This document shows positions 21,742 to 29,426 of a DNA stretch of 31,387 nucleotides, in pieces; positions within the stretch are counted from its first letter, which is position 1, and each line of letters starts with the position of its first letter. The notes under the pieces were generated by a model. It was not told where the DNA came from, ran no database searches, and saw nothing but the letters and a program-made list of their open reading frames with translations. The DNA comes from a virus. Its lineage: Duplodnaviria; Caudoviricetes. Location: IMG/VR virus record IMGVR_UViG_3300038520_000101, positions 1-31,387 of that record; one strand, 5' to 3'. The translations under genes were made by a program, and so were the position numbers.

Positions 21742-21998
21742 TACTTGTATCCGCCACCCTTCTTTTTGTACTCTGATGCCAGCAATTGAGCCTTCCTAGC
21801 CGACCATTGTCCGGGTTTGCCCCCGCGTGACCCAGCCTTAATCTTGTTAAACAAGTTCTTTCTCATAGTCGGTTTAGTGTAGTTACCCGCCTCATTAACG
21901 CGAGACTTGCTCTTACCGCCAGACTTCATGGCAACCGTCTTCTTTGGAGCCGCCTTCTTTTTCACAACCTTTTTCTTAGTTACTTTGCGAACAGCCAT
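21741..21998 (-). CDS. Small highly basic protein (DUF5872-like N-terminal half)
   Basis: Lys-rich tail then NYTKPTMRK..GGKPGQWSARKAQLLASEYKKKGGGYK. Confidence 0.6.
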   Translation of the reverse strand: MAVRKVTKKKVVKKKAAPKKTVAMKSGGKSKSRVNEAGNYTKPTMRKNLFNKIKAGSRGGKPGQWSARKAQLLASEYKKKGGGYK

Positions 21999-22000
21999 AA

Positions 22001-22822
22001 TTAACTAGGCGTATTTGCCTGACCTCCCATGCCTGAATGATTCGTACAATAGTAGTAAAGAGTAGGCGCTCCTATAGCCACAGTGATCTGCGTGTAAGCT
22101 CCTGAGCTGCCCGGAGTTCCCGCCGTAACAACACCCGTGGTGTACTCTGAACCACCACCCCACGTTCCGTTGCTTGTTGTCGAAAATCTCAAAGGATGAC
22201 CACTGTTGCTCGAATCAGACTGATCAAACCTGTAAGTGTTACCTTCGGTAATGCTCACCGTAGCTTGCTGTACACCATCTATATAGTATTTATTTCCGCT
22301 TCCGGGGTTTGCAACAGTGATTGCAAAAGTGTCAGACACAGGTGTAATAGAACCAGTAGCAGCCGTAGAGCTAACTCCAGTAACTGACACACTAACGTCA
22401 ACCTCTCCTGTTTCGACACTGACATTCCCTAAATTAGTTGTGCCGACCACACCAGACAAAGTGGCTGTGGAATCCGGTTGGATAATTTGTATTTCAACTC
22501 GGCCCACATGTCCTGACATGTCAAGACCAACGGTTCGGCTACCTAACGCCGTGTTTCCCCCGCCAACTGGATCGAAAGCCGAAAGCTCTCGACTTTGGTC
22601 ATAACCTCCATCTGGTCGAGGATTGCGCAGAGCCTGTGGGTCAGACATGTTTATCATGCCCAAACGCCACTGCGGATTGTCCTTATCAAGAACGTCCCTG
22701 CCCACCAGCATCCCGTTTGGTCTGCCAGCCTCTATCTGAGGAACTAAGTCCTTCAGCTTGTAACGAAATCCTGTACGGTCACAGAAGCCAAAAGCATGTT
22801 TTCCACTGGCGAAGCTGCTCAT
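22001..22822 (-). CDS. Probable virion protein with C-terminal cupredoxin-like domain
   Basis: 273 aa; N-terminal CDRTGFRY..D.DNPQ..LRNPRPD; C-terminal GHPLRF...LYYYCTNHSGMGG. Confidence 0.6.
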   Translation of the reverse strand: MSSFASGKHAFGFCDRTGFRYKLKDLVPQIEAGRPNGMLVGRDVLDKDNPQWRLGMINMSDPQALRNPRPDGGYDQSRELSAFDPVGGGNTALGSRTVGLDMSGHVGRVEIQIIQPDSTATLSGVVGTTNLGNVSVETGEVDVSVSVTGVSSTAATGSITPVSDTFAITVANPGSGNKYYIDGVQQATVSITEGNTYRFDQSDSSNSGHPLRFSTTSNGTWGGGSEYTTGVVTAGTPGSSGAYTQITVAIGAPTLYYYCTNHSGMGGQANTPS

Positions 22823-23514
22823 AAATATTGGTATCCGCCGGGAACAACATACAAAGATGCTTTCTCTCGTGCTGAGTCAGCAGCCATATTCCACTGCTCT
22901 TCGTAGTTCTCTTTAAGAAACGGAAGACGTGAGGCCGCTTCTGCTCTCTTAACCGCAATCATGTAGGCAAGGCCAGCCGTCAAACAGGGAAGAAACCTAG
23001 CAGGCACATCCATATTCAGAGATGCAGGAGAACCTACATCCTCTATGCGCTCCATGTAGTAATAGTTAAACGTGTAGGTCTGAGCCGCATCTGGGACAGG
23101 CCAAACATTCACCGTCAAACCTGAAGGCGCTCTTTCAATGTAATACTGGATGGGTCTGCCTTGCAGCAGTTTATTTGTCTGATGCGAATATTGAGATATA
23201 GATATACGCTGCATGGTGAGATCAGTCTGCTTGGTAACGTCACCAGCATCTGTTCTGAGAACACCCTCTATGACATCAAGCTTCTCTGAGGTCAGCGGAT
23301 ATGCTCCTGTTCCCGCAGTCAAGGTTTGACTCGCGTTCTTAACTGTCCACAGATTAAGACCTCGATTCTGCCAATCCAGCATAAGAAGATTTAAGCTTCT
23401 TCTCGCAGTCCGATAATCAAAGCCAGAGCGCAGCTCAAGACCGCAACGCTCGTAAGCCTCTTCCATTATATCGCCAAGGTCTAAATTAAATGTCGTGGTT
23501 CCGCTTGTTGCCAT
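22819..23514 (-). CDS. Head-tail connector/adaptor-like protein
   Basis: 231 aa; EEAYERCG..TARRSLNLL..WQNRGLNLW, GRPIQYY, VWPVPD, P.RFLPCL.AGLAY. Confidence 0.6.
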   Translation of the reverse strand: MATSGTTTFNLDLGDIMEEAYERCGLELRSGFDYRTARRSLNLLMLDWQNRGLNLWTVKNASQTLTAGTGAYPLTSEKLDVIEGVLRTDAGDVTKQTDLTMQRISISQYSHQTNKLLQGRPIQYYIERAPSGLTVNVWPVPDAAQTYTFNYYYMERIEDVGSPASLNMDVPARFLPCLTAGLAYMIAVKRAEAASRLPFLKENYEEQWNMAADSAREKASLYVVPGGYQYL

Positions 23515-23720
23515 CAGACGATTCTGCCTTTAGTAAATCCCTGAACCACACGACCATCACCTGCCCTGCCGCCGGAAAACATCTTCTTGCTTATACCCGC
23601 TTCGCTAAGCGCAATAGCCATCGCTTGGTTTCTGTCTGTCACTTTTTTGCCTGAGCTGGACTTTAGCTTTCCGTCCTTAAACTCACCCATGACGTAATCA
23701 ACTTTTTTTTGCCCCTTCAT
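23514..23720 (-). CDS. Small basic protein (DUF6496-like)
   Basis: KVDYVMGEFKDGKLKSSSGKKVTDRNQAMAIALSEAG; start moved to ATG at 23720 (TAATG overlap, GGAGG upstream). Confidence 0.6.
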   Translation of the reverse strand: MKGQKKVDYVMGEFKDGKLKSSSGKKVTDRNQAMAIALSEAGISKKMFSGGRAGDGRVVQGFTKGRIV

Positions 23721-24028
23721 TAGCACCTCCAACGCTTGCGAGCTTGACGCAATCTACTATTAGGATTCTTTGCCGCTTTAGGAAACTTTTTCATCTGACC
23801 AGCAGACCGTGCGCAAAATGACTTTCTACGCTTAGCATCCGCTTTAGACGGGTTCTTTTCTGTAACCGCCGTCTTTAACTTGCTTCCGGGGTTTGCCTTT
23901 CGATAGGCTTTGACGCCTTTCTCTGTCATGCCAGCACCTTTCTTTGTCGCTCGAAAGTTGCCTGACTTGACTGAGGTCTTAATCCCCATGCCTTTGCTTT
24001 TTGTAGAACGGGCTTTCTTTGTAGCCAT
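23720..24028 (-). CDS. Small highly basic protein (DUF6321-like)
   Basis: GMTEKGVKAYRKANPGSKLKTAV..RRKSFCARS..NSRLRQARKRWRC; start moved to MATKK at 24028. Confidence 0.6.
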   Translation of the reverse strand: MATKKARSTKSKGMGIKTSVKSGNFRATKKGAGMTEKGVKAYRKANPGSKLKTAVTEKNPSKADAKRRKSFCARSAGQMKKFPKAAKNPNSRLRQARKRWRC

Positions 24029-24029
24029 G

Positions 24030-24320
24030 CTAAATCTCTTTGTGCATCCTGATGCCCTGAACTGCTTTACCAGAGCCTCGTATACGGCCACCAGAAGATT
24101 TGTTAATCATTCGATTAAGACTCCTTGGAACCGCATTAAGATTAGAGGCTTTGTTGTTTCTAGGGTTTCCATCTCGGTGATGTACATCCAAGCCATCGCC
24201 TTTCTTCACCTTGCCGTTTGCGAGCATTTTATTTCTCGCCGCATTTCTGGCGGCACGGTTTTTCTTTTGCTCTGGACGAGAGTGATATTTGGCATATTCA
24301 GAACGATAGTTCCTAGCCAT
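24030..24320 (-). CDS. Small HNH endonuclease-like protein
   Basis: DVHHRDGNPRNNKASNL...N HNH motif; ATG at 24320. Confidence 0.75.
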   Translation of the reverse strand: MARNYRSEYAKYHSRPEQKKNRAARNAARNKMLANGKVKKGDGLDVHHRDGNPRNNKASNLNAVPRSLNRMINKSSGGRIRGSGKAVQGIRMHKEI

Positions 24321-24645
24321 CAAACTGAGCCTCGTAAGCTTGATTAACCAGCTCGTTTTTCTTTTCTCGTCTGTCTAGCTCAACGCCGAACTCTCTGGCA
24401 AATTCTTCAAGCTGAAGCTTTGTCATCTTACTAAGTTCGTTGAGAGTGGTCTCAACTGGGTCTTCGACAACAGGCTTCTCAGCTTTTGTGCCGCCCATTG
24501 TTTTCAGCTTAGCTTTTGCCTCTGCCTCTGACATAAGGTCAAACACCTCAACGTCAAAGCCGCCTTCAGAATTTTTCTTACCAATCTGATAAACGGGGTC
24601 TCCGTTGCTGAAGTTACCGTTCTGGAACACTTCTAATTTAGCCAT
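24313..24645 (-). CDS. Hypothetical protein with C-terminal Rho-N/HeH-like helical motif
   Basis: LSKMTKLQLEEFAREFGVELDRREKKNELVNQ. Confidence 0.55.
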   Translation of the reverse strand: MAKLEVFQNGNFSNGDPVYQIGKKNSEGGFDVEVFDLMSEAEAKAKLKTMGGTKAEKPVVEDPVETTLNELSKMTKLQLEEFAREFGVELDRREKKNELVNQAYEAQFDG

Positions 24646-24655
24646 CGTGAAACCC

Positions 24656-25066
24656 CTAAGCAGTAACGTATGTCTTGGTCAAAGACAGCATCAAAAAATA
24701 AGTATCGTTGTTACTAGCACCGCTAGTCGTAACAAGAATATCACCCGTCTTGCCACTGCCTGCGTTATTCGGAATGCCAGTCGGGCCAAAGTCTAACTGA
24801 TCAGAAAAGTCCGAATTAAGATTAAGAAGGGGCATGTTTGTAGTCGCATCGTAAAACAACTCCACACCCATACCAACACAGGAATATATAATTGATTGTA
24901 GTACGACTCCGTTACATGCCTGACCCGTTATCGGGTCGCTGCTTAACGTAGAGACATCTACCAGTGTGGCTAGGCTTTGCCCAGTGCCATCACTTACATT
25001 AGTGAACTTTAGAACAGCATTTCGTGGGCCGTCCTCAATCACTTGGCTCGTTAGTGCATCTGCCAT
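24656..25066 (-). CDS. Beta-rich virion structural protein
   Basis: MADALTSQVIEDGPRNAVLKFTNVSDGTG..GIPNNAGSGKTGDI; start moved to ATG at 25066 after GGAG. Confidence 0.6.
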   Translation of the reverse strand: MADALTSQVIEDGPRNAVLKFTNVSDGTGQSLATLVDVSTLSSDPITGQACNGVVLQSIIYSCVGMGVELFYDATTNMPLLNLNSDFSDQLDFGPTGIPNNAGSGKTGDILVTTSGASNNDTYFLMLSLTKTYVTA

Positions 25067-25077
25067 AGGAAGCTCCA

Positions 25078-25101
25078 AATAAAAAACGGGGCAAGCCCCG
25101 C
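25078..25101 (-). terminator. Rho-independent terminator
   Basis: Minus strand CGGGG-CTTG-CCCCG followed by TTTTTTATTT, just after the stop of 25110..25565. Confidence 0.85.
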
Positions 25102-25109
25102 TTTATATT

Positions 25110-25565
25110 CTATGAAAGGTTATTGTTCTGAATGTACATAACCGTAACGGTTGCAACGCCTGCTGTGCCGTCACCAGACGCTCCGGTAAAATCAGCCAAA
25201 ACCTCTAGGTCAGTTGTACCAACATTGGTAGCTTCTGTATCTAATGTTCCATGAGTCGTACCAAGAGCTTTAGTATTGATTCCGTCTAGGAAAGCGTTTG
25301 CGTCTGCGGCAGTTCCGACTGAGATAGTCGCCGCTCCACTGTCATCACCAGCAGTAGTCACGTTCAATATGACATCAACGATTTGAGAGTTGGCGGGTAC
25401 TATCGCCATTCTCTGATTAAGCTGGCTTGCGCCCGTGATATTTGGGATAGCGGATTGCGCCATAACGACAGAACCCACATTTGACACATTAGTGCCAACG
25501 GTTGTGCCAGTGGTATCTCGGATGGTTCCGGTCTTTATAGGGCCAGAAAAGGTAGTAGTAGCCAT
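25110..25565 (-). CDS. Capsid-associated (decoration/spike-like) protein
   Basis: 151 aa Thr/Gly-rich beta protein, MATTTFSGPIK start, directly after MCP and before the terminator; GGAG RBS. Confidence 0.55.
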   Translation of the reverse strand: MATTTFSGPIKTGTIRDTTGTTVGTNVSNVGSVVMAQSAIPNITGASQLNQRMAIVPANSQIVDVILNVTTAGDDSGAATISVGTAADANAFLDGINTKALGTTHGTLDTEATNVGTTDLEVLADFTGASGDGTAGVATVTVMYIQNNNLS

Positions 25566-25622
25566 GTGTTACTCCTGTCGGGGCTAGTGTCTGCTATGCA
25601 GTCAGGGTAAGTAAGAAAGGGT

Positions 25623-25668
25623 GGCTCTGCCAGACCCGGAGTTGCGAGGTCAGTGGCCTGACAGAGCC
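25623..25668 (-). promoter_or_regulatory. 14-bp RNA stem-loop downstream of MCP
   Basis: Minus strand GGCTCTGTCAGGCC...GGTCTGGCAGAGCC, two G-U pairs, 18-nt loop. Confidence 0.6.
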
Positions 25669-25683
25669 GTCTTGGCAGTTAGG

Positions 25684-26622
25684 TTACGAAGAACCGGGCG
25701 AGCCAAAGATTCCCAAAGGATCGGAGACACCGAAGCTGTAACGCTCACGCGCCTTGTAGCGCACGTTACCTGTGTCGAAATCACCATCCATTGAAGTCTC
25801 AAGCGGAGTACGCTCGAAGTGCTTCATGCCGTTAGGAACATCGGTAATGATGTAGAAGGCATTAGTGTCAGTCAGATAGTGATTGACAGCATATCCCTCT
25901 GGGATAGAACCGTTGTTCTTAATTGCGTTGATGTCATTATCAGCAGTGCTGACACGCAGCTCAGAATCTAGGATTCTGGTTGCCACAAACATCAGGTTAG
26001 GTGGAACGATCAATCGTCGTGGTCGAGCAGCGATTAGAAGTCCACGCTCATCTGTGTAGCCTGCAATTTGAATAATTGCATCTTCCAGAGAGGTTTCGTT
26101 CAGGTCGGCTGCTGTAGCAGGACGGTTTGAGTTGAAACCACCATTTACGAGAGGATGACCACCACCTCCAGTCACGCCGTCTCCCACTGCTGTGAACAAG
26201 TTAACACCATCACCAGATTGAAAGGCGTTAGTGAATCCGTTGTTCAAAGGGAAGGCAGCTTTGACTTGCTTGGTGTAAGCCATTGCTCGTGCCAGTGCTT
26301 TGGTGTATCGCTGAGAGAGTGAAGCGTAGAGGTTATCCTCCATTGCTTCCTCAGTGATGGCAAAGCCTTGTGCCACGGTCTCGTGAGTGTAACGTGCAGT
26401 GAAAGCCTCTTGCGCTGAATCATAATTGATTGCAGAGCCTTCGGGCTTCACAGGCGCAGCGCCAAAACCACTCAGCTTCACCTCTTCTTCAAACGAACGA
26501 TCAGATGTCTCTGTCTCATAGATCATCTTATCTTCGTCTTCGTACTTTGCATACTCTAAGCCAAACAGGGCGTTAAGACCCGGAAGTAGCTCTTTGAGCA
26601 TTTGGGCTCTTGATATAGCCAT
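25684..26622 (-). CDS. Major capsid protein (HK97 fold, Mu gpT-like family)
   Basis: MAISRAQMLKELLPGLNALFGLEY, SDRSFEEEV, ARYTHETVA.GFAITEEAMEDNLY, DGDFDTGNVRYKARERYSFG; AAGGAGG RBS. Confidence 0.9.
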   Translation of the reverse strand: MAISRAQMLKELLPGLNALFGLEYAKYEDEDKMIYETETSDRSFEEEVKLSGFGAAPVKPEGSAINYDSAQEAFTARYTHETVAQGFAITEEAMEDNLYASLSQRYTKALARAMAYTKQVKAAFPLNNGFTNAFQSGDGVNLFTAVGDGVTGGGGHPLVNGGFNSNRPATAADLNETSLEDAIIQIAGYTDERGLLIAARPRRLIVPPNLMFVATRILDSELRVSTADNDINAIKNNGSIPEGYAVNHYLTDTNAFYIITDVPNGMKHFERTPLETSMDGDFDTGNVRYKARERYSFGVSDPLGIFGSPGSS

Positions 26623-26634
26623 TTCTTAGCCTCC

Positions 26635-27216
26635 TTATACGCCAGTCGCGTTACGATACAAGTGCATACCAGCATTGTATGTAAGCAACACATCGGTGAA
26701 AGCATCACCTACTTCGCTATCGGGGCCATCAACAAACTCAAGAATCCTGAGAGGTAGAGTGTTGGTGGTAGCAGCAGTGCTTGCATCAACTGCATTCTTG
26801 CTGCGTCCGATTGAAGTAGAACCCGCAGTCTGAATAACTCCGACATTGTTGCCAAGAGTTGTCTGCGCCAAAGCACCATCGCCCTGCATACGGAAAACGC
26901 AATCAGGGTCATCTAGGACATAGGCCATGATGTCATCTGCTGCTGTAGAGGCAGGATAGGTTTGGTTGAAAGTGGGCTGGTTAGTTCCGGGGTCAGTGTA
27001 GAAACAACCCATGAAAATACCAACCGGAGTCATCGTGGCAGTACCAGTATCTTTTTCAACAGTACCAGAACTCACGAGCTTAACGAAATCGCCATAGAAA
27101 ATTGCAGTGCCGTAGCCGCTGGCAATCTTGATGTGACGAACTTTACCAGAGAAAGAACCGCAAGCGGATAATCCGCCTACTGGCTCCGCTCCCATAGGAG
27201 TAGCTGTAGCAGCCAT
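26635..27216 (-). CDS. Head decoration/cement-like protein
   Basis: 193 aa directly upstream of MCP; IASGYGTAIFYGDFV, GIFMGCFYTDP, YVLDDPD. Confidence 0.55.
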   Translation of the reverse strand: MAATATPMGAEPVGGLSACGSFSGKVRHIKIASGYGTAIFYGDFVKLVSSGTVEKDTGTATMTPVGIFMGCFYTDPGTNQPTFNQTYPASTAADDIMAYVLDDPDCVFRMQGDGALAQTTLGNNVGVIQTAGSTSIGRSKNAVDASTAATTNTLPLRILEFVDGPDSEVGDAFTDVLLTYNAGMHLYRNATGV

Positions 27217-27253
27217 ATCGAAGTCCTCAGTTAAGAAGACAATCCTTTACAGG

Positions 27254-27709
27254 TTATCTTCTGCCAAAAGTTGTCCTCGATGAGTTCTCTTGAAACTTAC
27301 TCATGCGAGGGTCTTGGTCTGAAAGATACGAGTTATCAACCGCCGTCATCTGGTTTACAGCCATTTCACTATAATACTTATTACGCTTGTCTAGTTGTTC
27401 ACTGGGAATAGCACACAACAACAATCCACCGTATTCAATATTATCAGGGTAACGACTGCCAACATCAGGCAAATAGTCGATTTCAGGGTAATCGATTGCT
27501 TTAACCGGAACCCATCCCTCTCTCATCTTTTGAGACACGTTTGTATTGTCTGCCTGTCCAAGCATAGAAGTTCTGATCCAACGATGGGACAAACCTTCTC
27601 TCTTGTTAGGCACAGGTAAAGACGAGGCTGGCTTCCATGTGTCAGTCGGCCTCATTTCCTGTTCCCGTGATTCAATGTCACGAGGTGCGCGATTGAACTC
27701 TTCGTTCAT
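27254..27709 (-). CDS. Head-module hypothetical protein
   Basis: 151 aa; WKPASSLP..HRWIRTS..G..DNTNVS.KMREGW.PV..GGLLLC. Confidence 0.65.
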   Translation of the reverse strand: MNEEFNRAPRDIESREQEMRPTDTWKPASSLPVPNKREGLSHRWIRTSMLGQADNTNVSQKMREGWVPVKAIDYPEIDYLPDVGSRYPDNIEYGGLLLCAIPSEQLDKRNKYYSEMAVNQMTAVDNSYLSDQDPRMSKFQENSSRTTFGRR

Positions 27710-28767
27710 ATTTTGCCCTCCAACTGCATTAACTCAGCAGCGTATTGTTCGGGTGTAACTCCTACTTGCTTCGCGGTGGCAAGCATAGTTGGCGTAAGCT
27801 GGATTTTTCGTGTCTTTGCTCCATTGTTCCGTGAGGAAGTTGGGGCTACCACGGCGGTGTTGCTGCGTTGGCGTTGCGGAGTGCTACGATCCTCCTGCTC
27901 ATCCTGACTTGACGCAAAACCTTTATAGTCAGGAAAACGCTGTCGCATTTTTTGATTTATCGTTGCAAAGTAGGTGTCTGGATCAGTCTCCGGTGTGATA
28001 CCTCTTTGACTCAATATGGTATCCATAGTTGCAGCTAGACCAGTCATCTCTGCTTCCAGATCGGTAAAATTACCCTCTGCTCGGCGAGCTGCGTCTATGA
28101 ACCACGGATTTTCTCTTATGTATTCTTCTATCTTAGGGTGTATCTTTTGCTGCTCTTCTTGGGCAGGCTGTTGCGGTGGTGGCTCTGCCTCTTGCTTCTG
28201 TTGTTGAGATTTTATGGTTTGCTTCAGAGCCGCTTCTCTGTTCTCCATCTCCAAAATTTTGGCTTGAGCAGCAGCAAGCATTTTCTGACTCTCAACCAGT
28301 TTTTCTGCATCACCCTCTTCGTGGGCCTTCTTCAACTCTCGCTCAGCACTACTCAGCTCAGCTTGCGCCTTGCCTTTATTGCTCTGGATGATTGACGCCT
28401 GAGCCTGCGGAAGCAGCTTCTCGTATTCTTGAATCTTGGCGCGTTGCAACTGGGCAATCCTTATTGCCTCATCCTTTACCCTCGTTGCTTCAACAAGCTT
28501 TCGCTTATCATCTTTATTTCGAGCAGTCAGTTGATTGATGCGTTTCTGAACACCCTGCGTATAGCTGCTTAACTCCTCGTCTGTCGGGTCTTCGCTATAT
28601 TTAGGGGTTTGTTCAGTGGTTTGAGTCTCTTGTTGAGCGGGAGCGTCATCCACAATCTCAACTTCGATCTCTGGCTTGTCAGACGATTCTGCGGCGTTTA
28701 CGTCACCGATTCGTTTTTTAACTCCGAAGAACTTATCTTCGCTTGAGGTTTGCTCTACTTCGCTCAT
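27706..28767 (-). CDS. Capsid scaffolding protein
   Basis: Acidic N-terminus, VQKRINQLT, long coiled coil, NPWF, C-terminal LTP...AKQVGVTPEQYA; start moved to MSEVEQ (ATGA overlap with GroES stop). Confidence 0.7.
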   Translation of the reverse strand: MSEVEQTSSEDKFFGVKKRIGDVNAAESSDKPEIEVEIVDDAPAQQETQTTEQTPKYSEDPTDEELSSYTQGVQKRINQLTARNKDDKRKLVEATRVKDEAIRIAQLQRAKIQEYEKLLPQAQASIIQSNKGKAQAELSSAERELKKAHEEGDAEKLVESQKMLAAAQAKILEMENREAALKQTIKSQQQKQEAEPPPQQPAQEEQQKIHPKIEEYIRENPWFIDAARRAEGNFTDLEAEMTGLAATMDTILSQRGITPETDPDTYFATINQKMRQRFPDYKGFASSQDEQEDRSTPQRQRSNTAVVAPTSSRNNGAKTRKIQLTPTMLATAKQVGVTPEQYAAELMQLEGKI

Positions 28768-29171
28768 ACTTTTCGTATCCACCTTGGGTCTTCTACCACA
28801 GCTTCTACGCTGTCGTCGTTGATTAAACGAAACTCTTGCCATATATCGTCTTTCTGCACCTTAAACCTAGTGCCGGAATACGATCTCATCAAAATACAAT
28901 CTTCTACCTTGCAGTAAGGCCCACTTGGGAACCGAGACTTATCAGCATAAGCATCCGGCCCCAGAGCAACCACAGTACCTACGATAGAGCCAACTTCCTC
29001 CACTTCGCGTGTAGATTGCGTTTTAAGTATGCCGCCTTTTGTCTTTGCGTCAGCTTGCGGCATTGCAACAAGAATTTTGTAACCCTTCGGTTCAGGTATT
29101 TTCAGAGCTACCCGTGGCTCGTCGTTGGTCTCTACCCCAACGGATTTCACTTCTGCTAATGCTTCAGTCAT
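28764..29171 (-). CDS. groES: Co-chaperonin GroES-like protein
   Basis: P.GYKILV..KTKGGIL mobile loop, GTVVALGPDAY, YSGTRF, RLINDDSVEAVV. Confidence 0.85.
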   Translation of the reverse strand: MTEALAEVKSVGVETNDEPRVALKIPEPKGYKILVAMPQADAKTKGGILKTQSTREVEEVGSIVGTVVALGPDAYADKSRFPSGPYCKVEDCILMRSYSGTRFKVQKDDIWQEFRLINDDSVEAVVEDPRWIRKV

Positions 29172-29225
29172 TAGGTTTTCCCACTGGATTAGTGTCCAGA
29201 GTCACGCCACCGCACGACGCGGAGA

Positions 29226-29426
29226 TTAGTTTTCAGAGATTCTCTTGTCTAAATCAAGAACTTCTCTTTCAGCCAGTGCCAGACCTTCGATGATGCCTAC
29301 GCACTTGGAGTATTCTTCCATATTACGACAACTGCCTCCACTAACGTGATCTGCTGTGTCGTTCATAATGATTCGTATTTTCTCTCGCAAAAACTCTAAG
29401 TTTGTATCTGCGAACTTATCACTCAT
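29226..29426 (-). CDS. Small protein between portal and GroES
   Basis: MSDKFAD..GSCRNMEEYSKCVGIIEGL; start moved to ATG at 29426. Confidence 0.6.
   Translation of the reverse strand: MSDKFADTNLEFLREKIRIIMNDTADHVSGGSCRNMEEYSKCVGIIEGLALAEREVLDLDKRISEN

Noticed and set aside
24029-24091. Extended N-terminus of the 123 aa ORF
   Set aside because: Overlaps the HNH gene; ATG at 24028 directly follows the HNH stop.
24030-24320. HNH as an intron-borne mobile element
   Set aside because: No interrupted host gene or intron-sized non-coding flanks; it is tightly coupled to its neighbours.
25670-25710. Programmed frameshift or readthrough extending the MCP
   Set aside because: No slippery heptamer before the TAA, and the downstream gene has its own RBS.
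28768-28842. Extended N-terminus of the scaffold ORF (MARVSF...)
   Set aside because: Overlaps the GroES C-terminus; the ATGA-coupled start at 28767 is more plausible.
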